Part shown: positions 21,151 to 33,418 of the stretch, piece by piece
Layout: each line of letters starts with the position of its first letter
Numbering within the stretch: the first letter of the stretch is position 1
Origin: Burkholderiales bacterium
GTDB taxonomy: Bacteria; Pseudomonadota; Gammaproteobacteria; Burkholderiales; SG8-39
DNA length: 64,000 nucleotides
NCBI GenBank assembly: GCA_035651575.1
Contig: DASRFM010000104.1
Location: 11,197-75,196 of the forward strand
Reading direction: 5' to 3'
Position numbers and translations under genes: made by a program
Notes under the pieces: model-generated
Database searches by the model: none
What the model saw: only the letters and a program-made list of their open reading frames with translations
What the model was told of the DNA's origin: nothing

Positions 21151-21776
21151 TCGCGCAGCGCTTTCACGTCCGGCACGCAGCCGCGCGGCCCGCATGCGCG
21201 CAACGCCGGCTCGGCGTGCGCGCCGTAGGTCACCGCGAGCGCGTCTACGCCCGCGCCGCGCGCCATCTCCAGGTCGTGCGACGTGTCGCCGACCATCAGC
21301 GTCTCTTCCTTGCGGCTGGAGCATTCCTGCATGAGCTCGAGCAGCATGGCGGGATGCGGCTTGGGATGGGTCTCGTCGGCGCAGCGCGAGGCGCCGAAAT
21401 AGCCGCGCAGCGCCGTGGTTTCCAGCGCGCGCTCAAGGCCGCGCCGGCTCTTGCCGGTCGCGATGGCGAGCCGGTGGCTGCGCGAGAGCTGCCGCAGGAG
21501 CGGCTCGATGCCGGCAAAGAGCGGCATCTCGTTCTCCCGCGCGCGGAAGTGCACCCGGTAGCGCTCGACGAACTCGGCATAGCGCGCGGCCGGCAGCCCG
21601 GGCACGGCGATGCGCAGCGAATCGTGCAGGCCGAGCCCGATGACGTGGGTCGCCTGCTCCCGGCTCGGCGCCTCGAGGCCGAGGTCGCGCGCCGCCTGCT
21701 GGATGCACTCGGCGATCGTGCCCGCCGAGTCGATCAGCGTGCCGTCCCAGTCGAACACGATGAGCGAATAGCTCAC
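21129..21776 (-). CDS. HAD-superfamily hydrolase (phosphoglycolate phosphatase-like)
   Basis: GTG start gives VSYSLIVFDWDGTLIDS (DxDGT motif I). Also ATGKSR and VGDTSHD. 4-nt overlap with the rluC stop. Confidence 0.8.
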   Translation of the reverse strand: MSYSLIVFDWDGTLIDSAGTIAECIQQAARDLGLEAPSREQATHVIGLGLHDSLRIAVPGLPAARYAEFVERYRVHFRARENEMPLFAGIEPLLRQLSRSHRLAIATGKSRRGLERALETTALRGYFGASRCADETHPKPHPAMLLELMQECSSRKEETLMVGDTSHDLEMARGAGVDALAVTYGAHAEPALRACGPRGCVPDVKALREWLSAHA

Positions 21777-22711
21777 GCGAGCTGCTTTTTCAAGAACTGG
21801 CTCACGTCCTCCGGCAGCGCGGCTTCCATCGCGAGCGCTTCGCCGCTCAGCGGATGCTTCAGGCGCAGGCGCGCCGCATGCAGGAGCAGGCGCCTGACCC
21901 CCTCCTTCGCGAGTGCCTTGTTGAGGGCGAAGTCGCCGTACTTGTCGTCGCCGAGGACCGGGTGGCCGGCATGCGCCAGGTGCACGCGGATCTGGTGTGT
22001 GCGGCCGGTGAGCAGCGTGGCCTCGAGGACGCTGAAGCGCGGAGAGCTTTTCAGGACCTTCAGCTTCGTCACCGCCGCCATGCCGTCCGCAGTGACGCTC
22101 ACGCGCCGCTCGCCCGACGCCGTGACGTACTTGTGGAGCGAGTCCCGCACCTCGCGCCGCTCGGCCGGCCATTCGCCCTTCACGACCGCGACGTAGCGCT
22201 TGTCCACTTCGCCTTCGCGCAGCATGCGATGGAGCTCCACGAGCGCGCTGCGCTTCTTCGCCACCATGAGCAGGCCGGACGTGTCGCGGTCCAGCCGGTG
22301 GACCAGCTCGAGCAGCTTCGCCTGGGGCCGCGCGGCGCGCAGCGACTCGATCACGCCCTGGCTCACGCCGCTGCCGCCGTGGACCGCGATGCCGGCGGGC
22401 TTGTCGATCACGAGGAGCGCGGCGTCCTCGTAGACGACCGGAAATTCCGCGGGCCGGGCCGCCGGCGGCTTCGCCGAGGTCCTTATGGGAGGGACGCGGA
22501 TCCGGTCGCCCGCCTGCAGGCGGTATTCGGGCTTGACCCGGCCGCTGTTGACCCGCACTTCGCCGCTGCGCAGGACCCGGTAGACGTGGCTCTTCGGGAC
22601 GCCCTTCAGGCGCCGGAAAAGGAAGTTGTCGATGCGCTGCTCGGCGGCCTCGTCGCCCACTTCCAGCCACTGGACCGCCGCCGAGCCCCGAGACTTGCTT
22701 AAGTCATTCAT
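21773..22711 (-). CDS. rluC: 23S rRNA pseudouridine synthase RluC (RluA family)
   Basis: 312 aa. S4 domain (RIDNFLFRRLKGVPKSHVYRVLRSGEVRVN), HRLDRDTSG catalytic Asp box. Divergent from rne as in E. coli. Confidence 0.88.
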   Translation of the reverse strand: MNDLSKSRGSAAVQWLEVGDEAAEQRIDNFLFRRLKGVPKSHVYRVLRSGEVRVNSGRVKPEYRLQAGDRIRVPPIRTSAKPPAARPAEFPVVYEDAALLVIDKPAGIAVHGGSGVSQGVIESLRAARPQAKLLELVHRLDRDTSGLLMVAKKRSALVELHRMLREGEVDKRYVAVVKGEWPAERREVRDSLHKYVTASGERRVSVTADGMAAVTKLKVLKSSPRFSVLEATLLTGRTHQIRVHLAHAGHPVLGDDKYGDFALNKALAKEGVRRLLLHAARLRLKHPLSGEALAMEAALPEDVSQFLKKQLA

Positions 22712-22997
22712 TTTCCGTATGATCTCGGGGTCGCTTCGAGTTGCGAGGCACAGACCGGTGGAACGTCGCGGATCACGTTACCGACGTCACGGTCTGCAAC
22801 CCGCCTCCTGTTCGGCCACAGCCGGACCTGAAGCGCTGGTTAATTTCGCTCACCGGAAGTAGCGATACTACTAGAAGCGCGCGCAGCCCGGTTCTCGGCC
22901 AGCTGCAGTTCTGCAGTGCCGTTCATCTTGATCCAATTCCAGACGGTGAGCATGGACCTTCGAGCTCTGAGCTCCTGCGCGCGCAGGAGAAAAACAA
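22712..22997 (+). promoter_or_regulatory. rne promoter and long 5' leader with an SD-sequestering palindrome
   Basis: 286-bp non-coding gap between divergent rluC and rne. An 18-nt perfect palindrome CTCCTGCGCGCGCAGGAG (22972-22989) contains the AGGAG Shine-Dalgarno, 8 nt before the GTG start. Confidence 0.5.
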
Positions 22998-25601
22998 GTG
23001 AAGCGCATGTTGTTCAATGCGACGCAGCAGGAAGAGCTGCGCGTCGCGATCGTCGATGGGCAGAAGCTCGTTGATCTAGACATCGAATCGGCATCCCGGG
23101 AGCAGCGCAAGAGCAACATCTACAAAGGCATCATCACCCGCATCGAGCCCAGCCTCGAGGCCGCGTTCGTCGACTACGGCGAGGAGCGGCACGGGTTCCT
23201 GCCGTTCAAGGAAGTCTCGCGCAGCTACTTCAAGGAAGGCATCGACGTCGGCCGCGCCCGCATCCAGGACGCGCTGCGCGAAGGCCAGGAAGTCATCGTC
23301 CAGATCGAGAAGGACGAGCGCGGCACGAAGGGCGCCGCCCTCACGACGTTCATCTCGCTCGCCGGCCGCTACCTGGTCCTCATGCCGAACAACCCCCGCG
23401 GCGGCGGCGTCTCCCGCCGCGTCGAGGGCGAGGACCGCAACGAGCTGCGCGACACGCTCGACCAGCTGCAGCTGCCCGAGGGCATGAGCGTCATCGCGCG
23501 CACCGCCGCGATCGGCCGCTCCGCCGAGGAGCTGAACTGGGATCTCAACTATCTGAAGCAGCTCTGGGAAGCGGTCGAGAGCGCCTCCGGCGACCAGGGC
23601 GGCAAGCCGTTCCTCATCTACCTCGAGTCGAGCCTCGTCATCCGCGCCATCCGGGACTACTTCCAGCCCGACATCGGCGAGATCCTGATCGACACCGAGG
23701 AGATCTACGAGCAGGCGCGGGCCTTCATGCAGACCGTGATGCCCGGCAACGTCGGCAAGGTGAAGCTCTACCGCGACGACGTGCCGCTCTTCTCGCGCTT
23801 CCAGATCGAGCACCAGATCGAGAGCGCGTACTCGCGCCAGGTCGCCCTGCCCTCGGGCGGCGCGATCGTCATCGACCATACCGAGGCGCTCGTCGCCATC
23901 GACGTGAACTCGGCGCGCGCCACGCGCGGCGGCGACATCGAGGAGACCGCCTACCGCACCAACCTCGAGGCCGCCGACGAGGTCGCCCGCCAGCTCAGGC
24001 TGCGCGACCTGGGCGGCCTGATCGTGATCGACTTCATCGACATGGAATCGCAGCGCAACCAGCGCGAGGTGGAGAACCGCCTGCGCGAGGCGCTGCGCTA
24101 CGACCGCGCCCGCGTGCAGATCGGCAAGATCTCGCGCTTCGGCCTGATGGAGCTCTCGCGCCAGCGCCTGCAGCCCTCGCTGGAAGAGACCGCGCACATC
24201 AGCTGCCCGCGCTGCAGCGGCACCGGCTTCATCCGCGGCACGGAATCGACCGCGCTGCATGTCCTGAGGATCATCCAGGAAGAGGCGATGAAGGAGAACA
24301 CCGGCGCGGTGCACGTGCAGGTGCCGGTCGACGTCTCCTCGTTCCTGCTGAACGAGAAGCGCGGCGAGATCCAGAAGCTCGAGTCGCGGCTCAAGGTGAA
24401 CATCGTGCTCGTGCCCAACCCGCACCTGGAGACGCCGCACTACAAGGTGCAGCGCCTGCGGCACGACGAGCTGAACGAGATGGAGCACGTGCCCTCGAGC
24501 TACGAGCTGGTCGAGCGGCCGGAGGAGCCCAAGGCGCCCGGCGCCGAGGAGGAAGCGAAGCGCGAGCGCCAGCAGGCCGTGGTGAAGGGCATCGTGCCCC
24601 TGCAGCCCGCGCCGATGGGCACCGAGGCGGCGCCGCAGCCGCGCGCGCCAGAGCCCGTCGCGGCCGCCCCGGTGCAGCCGGCTGCCGCGCCCGCGGAGAG
24701 CGGCTCGTTCCTGTCGCGCATCTTCGGCATCTTCAAGGCCCCCGCCGCTTCGGCGCAGCCGCAGCCCGCGGCGCAGCCGGCTGCCCAGCCGCAGCGTCCG
24801 CCGCGCGAGCAGCGCGAGCCGCGTCGCGACGGCCAGCGCCGCGATGGCCGCGGCGAGCAGCGCGACGGACGCCGCGACGGACGCGGCCGGCGCGACGAGC
24901 ATCGCGGCGAGCGTGGCGGCGACCGCCAGCAGCAGGGACGGCTGGAGCAGCGGCGCAACGGCCAGCAGCGCGGCGAGCGCCGGCCGGACCAGCGGCCGCA
25001 GCAGCAACAGCAGCGCCATCCGCAGCAGCCCCGGCCGCAGCAGCCGCAACAGCAGGCCCAACAACAGCAGCAGGCCCAGCAGCAGCCCTTCCCCGCCGAT
25101 GCGCAGCAGCCGCGCCCGCCGGAGCGCGAAGGCGAGGAGCACCGCCGCGGCCGCCGCCATCGCCGCGACCGCCACCGCGAGCGGCGGGACGAGCAGCCGC
25201 CGCAGGGCGGCACGCCGGCAGCGATGCCGGCCGAGGCGCCGCAGCGCACCGAGCCGCCTGCCTTCCTGGTCAAGGAGCCCGCGGCCGAGGCTCGCCATGA
25301 GGAACCGCGGTATGAGGAACCGAGGCGCGAGGAATTCAAGCCCGAGGAACCGAGGCACGAGGAACCGAGGCAGGAACCAAGGCAGGAGCCGAGGCACGAG
25401 GAGCCCAAGCGCGCAGAACCCAGGATCGACGCCAAGCCGCTCCTCGAGGATGCAGGCCTCGTGATGGTCGAGACCAGCTCCAAGCCGAGCTACCGGCCGG
25501 AGGAGGAGCAGCCCGCGCACCTCGGCCGTCCGCGGCGCGAGCGGCCCAAGCCCGCCTCGCAGGACGACGAGCTGGTCCAGATCGAGACGACTAGGAAGTA
25601 G
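22998..25601 (+). CDS. rne: ribonuclease E
   Basis: (M)[30 protein letters not shown] matches the N-terminus of E. coli RNase E. S1 and catalytic domains, CPRCSGTG Zn-link, and a long Arg/Gln/Glu/Pro-rich disordered C-terminus. Confidence 0.95.
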   Translation: MKRMLFNATQQEELRVAIVDGQKLVDLDIESASREQRKSNIYKGIITRIEPSLEAAFVDYGEERHGFLPFKEVSRSYFKEGIDVGRARIQDALREGQEVIVQIEKDERGTKGAALTTFISLAGRYLVLMPNNPRGGGVSRRVEGEDRNELRDTLDQLQLPEGMSVIARTAAIGRSAEELNWDLNYLKQLWEAVESASGDQGGKPFLIYLESSLVIRAIRDYFQPDIGEILIDTEEIYEQARAFMQTVMPGNVGKVKLYRDDVPLFSRFQIEHQIESAYSRQVALPSGGAIVIDHTEALVAIDVNSARATRGGDIEETAYRTNLEAADEVARQLRLRDLGGLIVIDFIDMESQRNQREVENRLREALRYDRARVQIGKISRFGLMELSRQRLQPSLEETAHISCPRCSGTGFIRGTESTALHVLRIIQEEAMKENTGAVHVQVPVDVSSFLLNEKRGEIQKLESRLKVNIVLVPNPHLETPHYKVQRLRHDELNEMEHVPSSYELVERPEEPKAPGAEEEAKRERQQAVVKGIVPLQPAPMGTEAAPQPRAPEPVAAAPVQPAAAPAESGSFLSRIFGIFKAPAASAQPQPAAQPAAQPQRPPREQREPRRDGQRRDGRGEQRDGRRDGRGRRDEHRGERGGDRQQQGRLEQRRNGQQRGERRPDQRPQQQQQRHPQQPRPQQPQQQAQQQQQAQQQPFPADAQQPRPPEREGEEHRRGRRHRRDRHRERRDEQPPQGGTPAAMPAEAPQRTEPPAFLVKEPAAEARHEEPRYEEPRREEFKPEEPRHEEPRQEPRQEPRHEEPKRAEPRIDAKPLLEDAGLVMVETSSKPSYRPEEEQPAHLGRPRRERPKPASQDDELVQIETTRK

Positions 25602-26052
25602 CGGCCGGCAAAATTTCCTCGATCAGCGCGCCGCAGGCGGCCTCGACGAGGTCGAGCACCCGCTCGAAGCCTTCCGGACCTCCGTAGTAGGGGTCCGGAA
25701 CGTCCTGCCCGGCGATGAGCAGCCTCAGCTTCTCGCGGTGCTCGTCCGGGCAGCGGCTCGCGAGGATGCGCAGGTGGCCGCGGTCCATCGCGACGATGAG
25801 GTCGAACTCGGCGAAATCCCGCCCGCGCAAGTGCCGGGCGCGCTGCGCCGAGAGGTCGTAGCCGCGCCGCATCGCGTGGTGCCGGGCGCGCTCGTCGGGC
25901 GGCTCGCCGGCGTGGTAGTCGTGCGTGCCGGCCGACTCGACGCGCAGCGCGAGGCCGCGCTCCGCAGCCAACTTCCGGAGCACCCCTTCCGCGGTCGGCG
26001 AGCGGCAGATGTTCCCCGTGCAGACGAATAGGACCGAGCGCGTTTCTTTCAT
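25591..26052 (-). CDS. low-molecular-weight protein-tyrosine phosphatase
   Basis: Only the last 153 codons of ORF 25591..27333 are genic. [19 protein letters not shown] (CX5R-S P-loop) and DPYYG. Confidence 0.88.
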   Translation of the reverse strand: MKETRSVLFVCTGNICRSPTAEGVLRKLAAERGLALRVESAGTHDYHAGEPPDERARHHAMRRGYDLSAQRARHLRGRDFAEFDLIVAMDRGHLRILASRCPDEHREKLRLLIAGQDVPDPYYGGPEGFERVLDLVEAACGALIEEILPAATS

Positions 26053-26064
26053 ATCATCGAGTTT

Positions 26065-29465
<3,401 letters not shown>

Positions 29466-29496
29466 TGCTGCAGTGCGAAACCCGCCATTCTAGACG

Positions 29497-30711
29497 ATGA
29501 ACGCGCCGCACTCACCCTCTTCCTCCGCTTCCCTCCTCGCTTCGGTGCCGATGGCGCCGAGCGATCCGATCCTCGGCGTCACCGAGGCCTACGTCGCCGA
29601 CAAGAACCCGAAGAAAGTCAATCTCGGCGTCGGGGTCTATTACGACGACGACGGGAAAATCCCGCTCCTCGGCTGCGTGCGCAAGGCCGAAGAGCAGCGC
29701 ATGAAGACCTCGCCGCACCGCGGCTACCTGCCGATCGACGGCCTCGCCGCCTACGACCGCGGCGTGCAGCAGCTGGTATTCGGTTCCGCGCGGGAGAACA
29801 TCGTCACGGTCCAGGCGCTGGGCGGAACCGGCGGCCTGCGCGTCGGCGCGGACTTCCTCAAGCAGGCGAACCCCGAGGCGCAGGTCTGGATCAGCGACCC
29901 GAGCTGGGAGAACCACCGCCAGCTCTTCGAGGCGGCGGGCTTCAAGGTGAGCGCCTATCCGTACTACGAGCCGAGGAGCCGCGGCCTCGACTTCGCGGGC
30001 ATGGAGCGCACGCTGAACGGCCTGCCGGCAGGCTCGATCGTGGTGCTGCACTCGTGCTGCCACAACCCGACCGGCGTCGACCTCACGCAGGAGCAGTGGC
30101 GCCGCGTGCTCGAGATCGTGATGTCGCGCGGCCTGGTGCCGTTCCTCGACCTCGCCTACCAGGGCTTTGCCGATGGCATCGAAGCGGACGCGTTCCCCGC
30201 GCGGCTCTTCGCCGAGGCCACCGCGCCGGTGTTCCTGTCGAGCTCGTTCTCCAAATCCATCTCGCTCTACGGCGAGCGCGTCGGCGCGCTGAGCGTCGTC
30301 ACGGGCAGCGCCGAGGAGGCGAAGCGCGTGCTTTCGCAGCTGAAGCGGGTGGTGCGCGCGAACTACTCCAATCCTCCCACGCACGGCGCGCAGGTCGTCG
30401 CGACCGTCCTCGCCGATCCGGCGCTGCGCAAGCAGTGGGAGGACGAGGTCGGCGCGATGCGCGAGCGCATCAAGCTCATGCGCCGGCAGCTGGTCGACAG
30501 GATCCGCGCCCGTGTGCCCGGCGCCGATTTCGACTTCGTCCTGAAGCAGCGCGGCCTGTTCTCGTACTCCGGCCTCACCAAGGAGCAGGTGCGCCGCCTG
30601 CGCGACGAGTACTCGATCTACGCGATCGATTCCGGCCGCGTCTGCATCGCCGCGCTCACCTCGAAGAACATCGACTACGTCGCCGACGCGATCGCGAAGG
30701 TCATCGCCTGA
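29497..30711 (+). CDS. aspartate/aromatic amino acid aminotransferase (class I, AspC/TyrB type)
   Basis: DPILGV...KVNLGVGVYYDD...SFSKSISLYGERVG (PLP Lys)...NYSNPPTHGA. Confidence 0.9.
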   Translation: MNAPHSPSSSASLLASVPMAPSDPILGVTEAYVADKNPKKVNLGVGVYYDDDGKIPLLGCVRKAEEQRMKTSPHRGYLPIDGLAAYDRGVQQLVFGSARENIVTVQALGGTGGLRVGADFLKQANPEAQVWISDPSWENHRQLFEAAGFKVSAYPYYEPRSRGLDFAGMERTLNGLPAGSIVVLHSCCHNPTGVDLTQEQWRRVLEIVMSRGLVPFLDLAYQGFADGIEADAFPARLFAEATAPVFLSSSFSKSISLYGERVGALSVVTGSAEEAKRVLSQLKRVVRANYSNPPTHGAQVVATVLADPALRKQWEDEVGAMRERIKLMRRQLVDRIRARVPGADFDFVLKQRGLFSYSGLTKEQVRRLRDEYSIYAIDSGRVCIAALTSKNIDYVADAIAKVIA

Positions 30712-30725
30712 CCCCCTGAGGGGGT
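30711..30725. terminator. short GC hairpin between convergent genes (weak candidate bidirectional terminator)
   Basis: ACCCCC-TGA-GGGGGT, immediately after the aminotransferase stop and 22 nt before the AsmA-like stop. There is no U-tract. Confidence 0.25.
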
Positions 30726-30747
30726 CGCGAGTTTGCGAGCGGGGGGT

Positions 30748-31968
30748 TTACTTGCAGTCCGAATGGCCCTCGACCGCGCCCCCGGCCGAGGCGCCGATGC
30801 CGGTGCCGATTCCCGGCAGGATCAGAGTCCCGATCGTCGCGCCGATGAGGTAGCCCTTGGTCGGGCGGATCGAGGGCTCGCTCACGGTGCCGCCCAGCGC
30901 GACCGGCACGCCCACCATGCCGCTCGTCTTCGTGAGCGAGACGTCGAGCCTGCCGGCGAGCGACTGGTCGGCAGCGACGTCCACCGTGCCTCCCGCAGTG
31001 ACCTTCGGCGAGCGCACGCAGAGGCTCTCGATGTGGACCTTCCTGCCGCGCGCCTGCAGCTTGCCGCGAAACTCCTCGAACGGCGTCGCGTCGCCCGCCG
31101 CGCTCTTGCCGGTGATGTCGGCCGCCTTGCTGAGATCCACGCCCTGGTAGGCGCCGCCGACGATCTCGAACGGGCCGTCCACCGCGAGCACGTCGGCGAG
31201 CTGCTCGGGCTTGCGCGCCTTGCCGGAAAACGTCGCCTGCGTTTTCAGCCGGCCGGAGAGCTGCGGCTTCTTGCCGAGCAGGCGCTGCACCGGCACGAGG
31301 TCCACGCCGTCGAGCGCGGCCTTGCCCGCGACCTGCCAGAGCTTCGACCAGTCGGCATGCGCGGTCCCGTTCACCGCGCCGCCGAAGAGCTTCCCCTCCA
31401 CGACGATGTCCGCAACGCGGTCCGCCAGGTGGCTCATCTTGATGACCAGCGCGGTATCCGGCCCGTCGATGCGCGCCTCTTCCAGCCCTTGCACGCCCAG
31501 CCGCGCGTCGACGTCGAGCGTCGGCAGACGCAGCGTCGGATGCTGCAGCGAGAGCTGCTTCAGCACGATCCGCCGCACCACCACCGGCGGGCCGCCCGGG
31601 GACTTCGGCATCGAGCCCGGGATCGCGAGCGCCGATTCCTTGAGCGCCACCTTTTCGGCACGGATCAGCCGGATGTCCCGCGCGCCGCTCAGGAACGACA
31701 TCAGGTCGGGAACGATCTCGAGCTCCGCGATCGCGGCATCGGAGCGCTTGCCCACCACGAGGTCCTTCGCCACCACGCGCGGCGTCGGGAAGAGATGGAA
31801 GCTCAGATCGGCAATCGTCACCGGCTGCCCCAGCTTTTCCGACGCGACGCCCTGGATTTCCGGCAGCAGGCGCGATACCGGCACGAGCAGCGGCGCCGCC
31901 GCCGCGAGCGCCACCACGATCACGAGCGGGATCGCGAACCACAGCAGCTCGCGCGAAGCCCCTTTCAT
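30748..31968 (-). CDS. AsmA-family outer-membrane assembly-like protein
   Basis: 406 aa. N-terminal TM anchor followed by LGQPVTIADLSFHLFPTPRVVAKDLVVG, an AsmA-type N-terminal pattern. Gly-rich C-terminus. Confidence 0.55.
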   Translation of the reverse strand: MKGASRELLWFAIPLVIVVALAAAAPLLVPVSRLLPEIQGVASEKLGQPVTIADLSFHLFPTPRVVAKDLVVGKRSDAAIAELEIVPDLMSFLSGARDIRLIRAEKVALKESALAIPGSMPKSPGGPPVVVRRIVLKQLSLQHPTLRLPTLDVDARLGVQGLEEARIDGPDTALVIKMSHLADRVADIVVEGKLFGGAVNGTAHADWSKLWQVAGKAALDGVDLVPVQRLLGKKPQLSGRLKTQATFSGKARKPEQLADVLAVDGPFEIVGGAYQGVDLSKAADITGKSAAGDATPFEEFRGKLQARGRKVHIESLCVRSPKVTAGGTVDVAADQSLAGRLDVSLTKTSGMVGVPVALGGTVSEPSIRPTKGYLIGATIGTLILPGIGTGIGASAGGAVEGHSDCK

Positions 31969-32035
31969 GCGTCCTACGATAGCCGGAAAGGACCGGGCGC
32001 GCGAATTCCGGTTAAAATCCCGCCCTCGCTTCGGG

Positions 32036-32111
32036 TCCCCGATAGCTCAGTTGGTAGAGCGACGGACTGTTAATCCGCAGGTCGCAGGTTCGAGCCCTGC
32101 TCGGGGAGCCA
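32036..32111 (+). tRNA. tRNA-Asn (anticodon GTT)
   Basis: 76 nt. Acceptor stem TCCCCGA/TCGGGGA, D-arm AGCTCAGTTGGTAGAGC, anticodon loop CTGTTAA, T-arm GGTTCGAGCCC, encoded CCA. Close to E. coli tRNA-Asn. Confidence 0.95.
32067..32111 (+). repeat. attL: 45-bp direct repeat (3' part of tRNA-Asn)
   Basis: CTGTTAATCCGCAGGTCGCAGGTTCGAGCCCTGCTCGGGGAGCCA is identical to 38434-38478. Confidence 0.9.
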
Positions 32112-32126
32112 CCTAACTTCAAGACC

Positions 32127-33203
32127 TTAGCTCTTCGCTACGGTCCTCTTCAAATCCGCAACGTGGGGAAAACGTGACGTAAGCGGAATCACGTTCTCTC
32201 TATCGCCTGCGGATTCAATCCGCGAAGCCGCGCCAGCCAGATTCTCCGTCGCAAACTTCGCGTAGCGATCCACCATCACCCGCGACTTCCAGCCGCCCAG
32301 GTCCTTCAGCTCGTCAGTCGATGTTCCGGCCTGCCGATGCCAAGACGCCCAGGTATGCCGCAAGTCGTGGAAGCGGAAGTCCGCGAGCCCTGCTCGCTTC
32401 ACCGCTTCGAGCCATCCCGAATTGCAAACGCCCCAACGGATAGGCTCGCCGCGATAGGTGAAGCAATAGCGCTCATGCTGCCCGGACTGCTTCAAGACAG
32501 CGACCGCATCTCGATTGAGCGGGACGCCTCTCGGCGTTCCATTCTTGGTGCGGTTTAGCCACGCGGTATTGCGTCCTAAATCCACGCGACTCCACTCCAA
32601 GCCGGTTATCTCCGAAGCCCTGCAGCCGGTAGCCAAGGCGAATCGCACAATCGCCGCCAGGTGACTAGGACAGGCCGCAATCAGCCGGTCCGCCTCCTCC
32701 CGCGTCAACCACCGATCCCGCGCCACCTCTCCAGCGAGAAGCCGGATCTTCGGAAAGTTATCAATCCACTGCCATTCGTCCCGCGCCATCCGCAAGAGAC
32801 TGCGGACCGTAGCGAGATACCGATTTACCGTCGCCGGAGCAATGCCCCGCTTCGACAGGCGCTCGGTAATGGACCAAATAACGTCACCGTCAATCTCCGC
32901 CAACATCCTGTTTCCGAGAATCGGATGCAGGATGCGACAGATTCGCTTCACGTCCCTGGAGCTACGCAGAGACTTCTTCACTTCGAGATACCGGACCACG
33001 GCTTCCTGCCAGGAGCGCTTCGGCTTTACTCCGAAATGCGCTTCCTTGAACGCGTCGGCCTTGAGCTTTGCAACTAAGGCAGCTGCTTCTTGCCTGTCCG
33101 CAGTCCCAGAGCTTTCGCGTACGCGTCTGCCGTTCGGTAACGCAACGTCAATCCACCAGTACCGGGAATCCGATCTCCGGTAGATTCCGGTTTCGCGAGC
33201 CAT
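32127..33203 (-). CDS. tyrosine recombinase / phage-type integrase
   Basis: 358 aa. N-terminal arm-binding pattern GIYRRSDSRYWWIDV..NGRRVRESSGT. Catalytic ATGCRASE (R), HDLRHTWAS (HxxR) and MVDRYAKF (Y). Confidence 0.93.
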   Translation of the reverse strand: MARETGIYRRSDSRYWWIDVALPNGRRVRESSGTADRQEAAALVAKLKADAFKEAHFGVKPKRSWQEAVVRYLEVKKSLRSSRDVKRICRILHPILGNRMLAEIDGDVIWSITERLSKRGIAPATVNRYLATVRSLLRMARDEWQWIDNFPKIRLLAGEVARDRWLTREEADRLIAACPSHLAAIVRFALATGCRASEITGLEWSRVDLGRNTAWLNRTKNGTPRGVPLNRDAVAVLKQSGQHERYCFTYRGEPIRWGVCNSGWLEAVKRAGLADFRFHDLRHTWASWHRQAGTSTDELKDLGGWKSRVMVDRYAKFATENLAGAASRIESAGDRENVIPLTSRFPHVADLKRTVAKS

Positions 33204-33418
33204 TTTTCTTCGACCTCCTTTCCGGCCCGCCCTCGCCGCTTATGTTCTTCGAGCCACGCGTCCAGGTCAATTACGTCATAGACGCAGCGCCGACCGAGTT
33301 TCACAGCCGGGACGCCCAATTCCGCGAGCAGCGTTACACCGATCCCCAGGTACTCAGCTGCTTCTTCCTTGGTGAGGCAGCGACGAAACGGCAAGGGCAG
33401 GCTCTTCTCCACGCTCAA
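33074..33418 (-). CDS. excisionase / AlpA-type HTH DNA-binding protein
   Basis: LTKEEAAEYLGIGVTLLAELGVPAVKLGRRCVYDVIDLDAWLE is the excisionase-family HTH pattern. 4-nt overlap with the Rep stop. The last 43 codons overlap the integrase start. Confidence 0.7.
   Translation of the reverse strand: MSVEKSLPLPFRRCLTKEEAAEYLGIGVTLLAELGVPAVKLGRRCVYDVIDLDAWLEEHKRRGRAGKEVEEKWLAKPESTGDRIPGTGGLTLRYRTADAYAKALGLRTGKKQLP

Noticed and set aside
24700-25430. Possible CRISPR or other interspersed repeat array, suggested by the repetitive DNA
   Set aside because: The repeats are short, in-frame and directly adjacent, with no spacers. They encode low-complexity peptide repeats of RNase E. No CRISPR-like repeat-spacer architecture occurs anywhere in the window.
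23076-25520. 814-aa minus-strand ORF, plus several 100-330-aa ORFs, inside rne
   Set aside because: They are antisense or alternate frames of RNase E. The translations are Leu/Arg/Ala-rich and low in complexity, and no start context supports them.
31996-32012. GCGCGCGAATTC upstream of the tRNA matching 41367-41378
   Set aside because: It is only a 12-mer. More than 100 such coincidences are expected in 64 kb.
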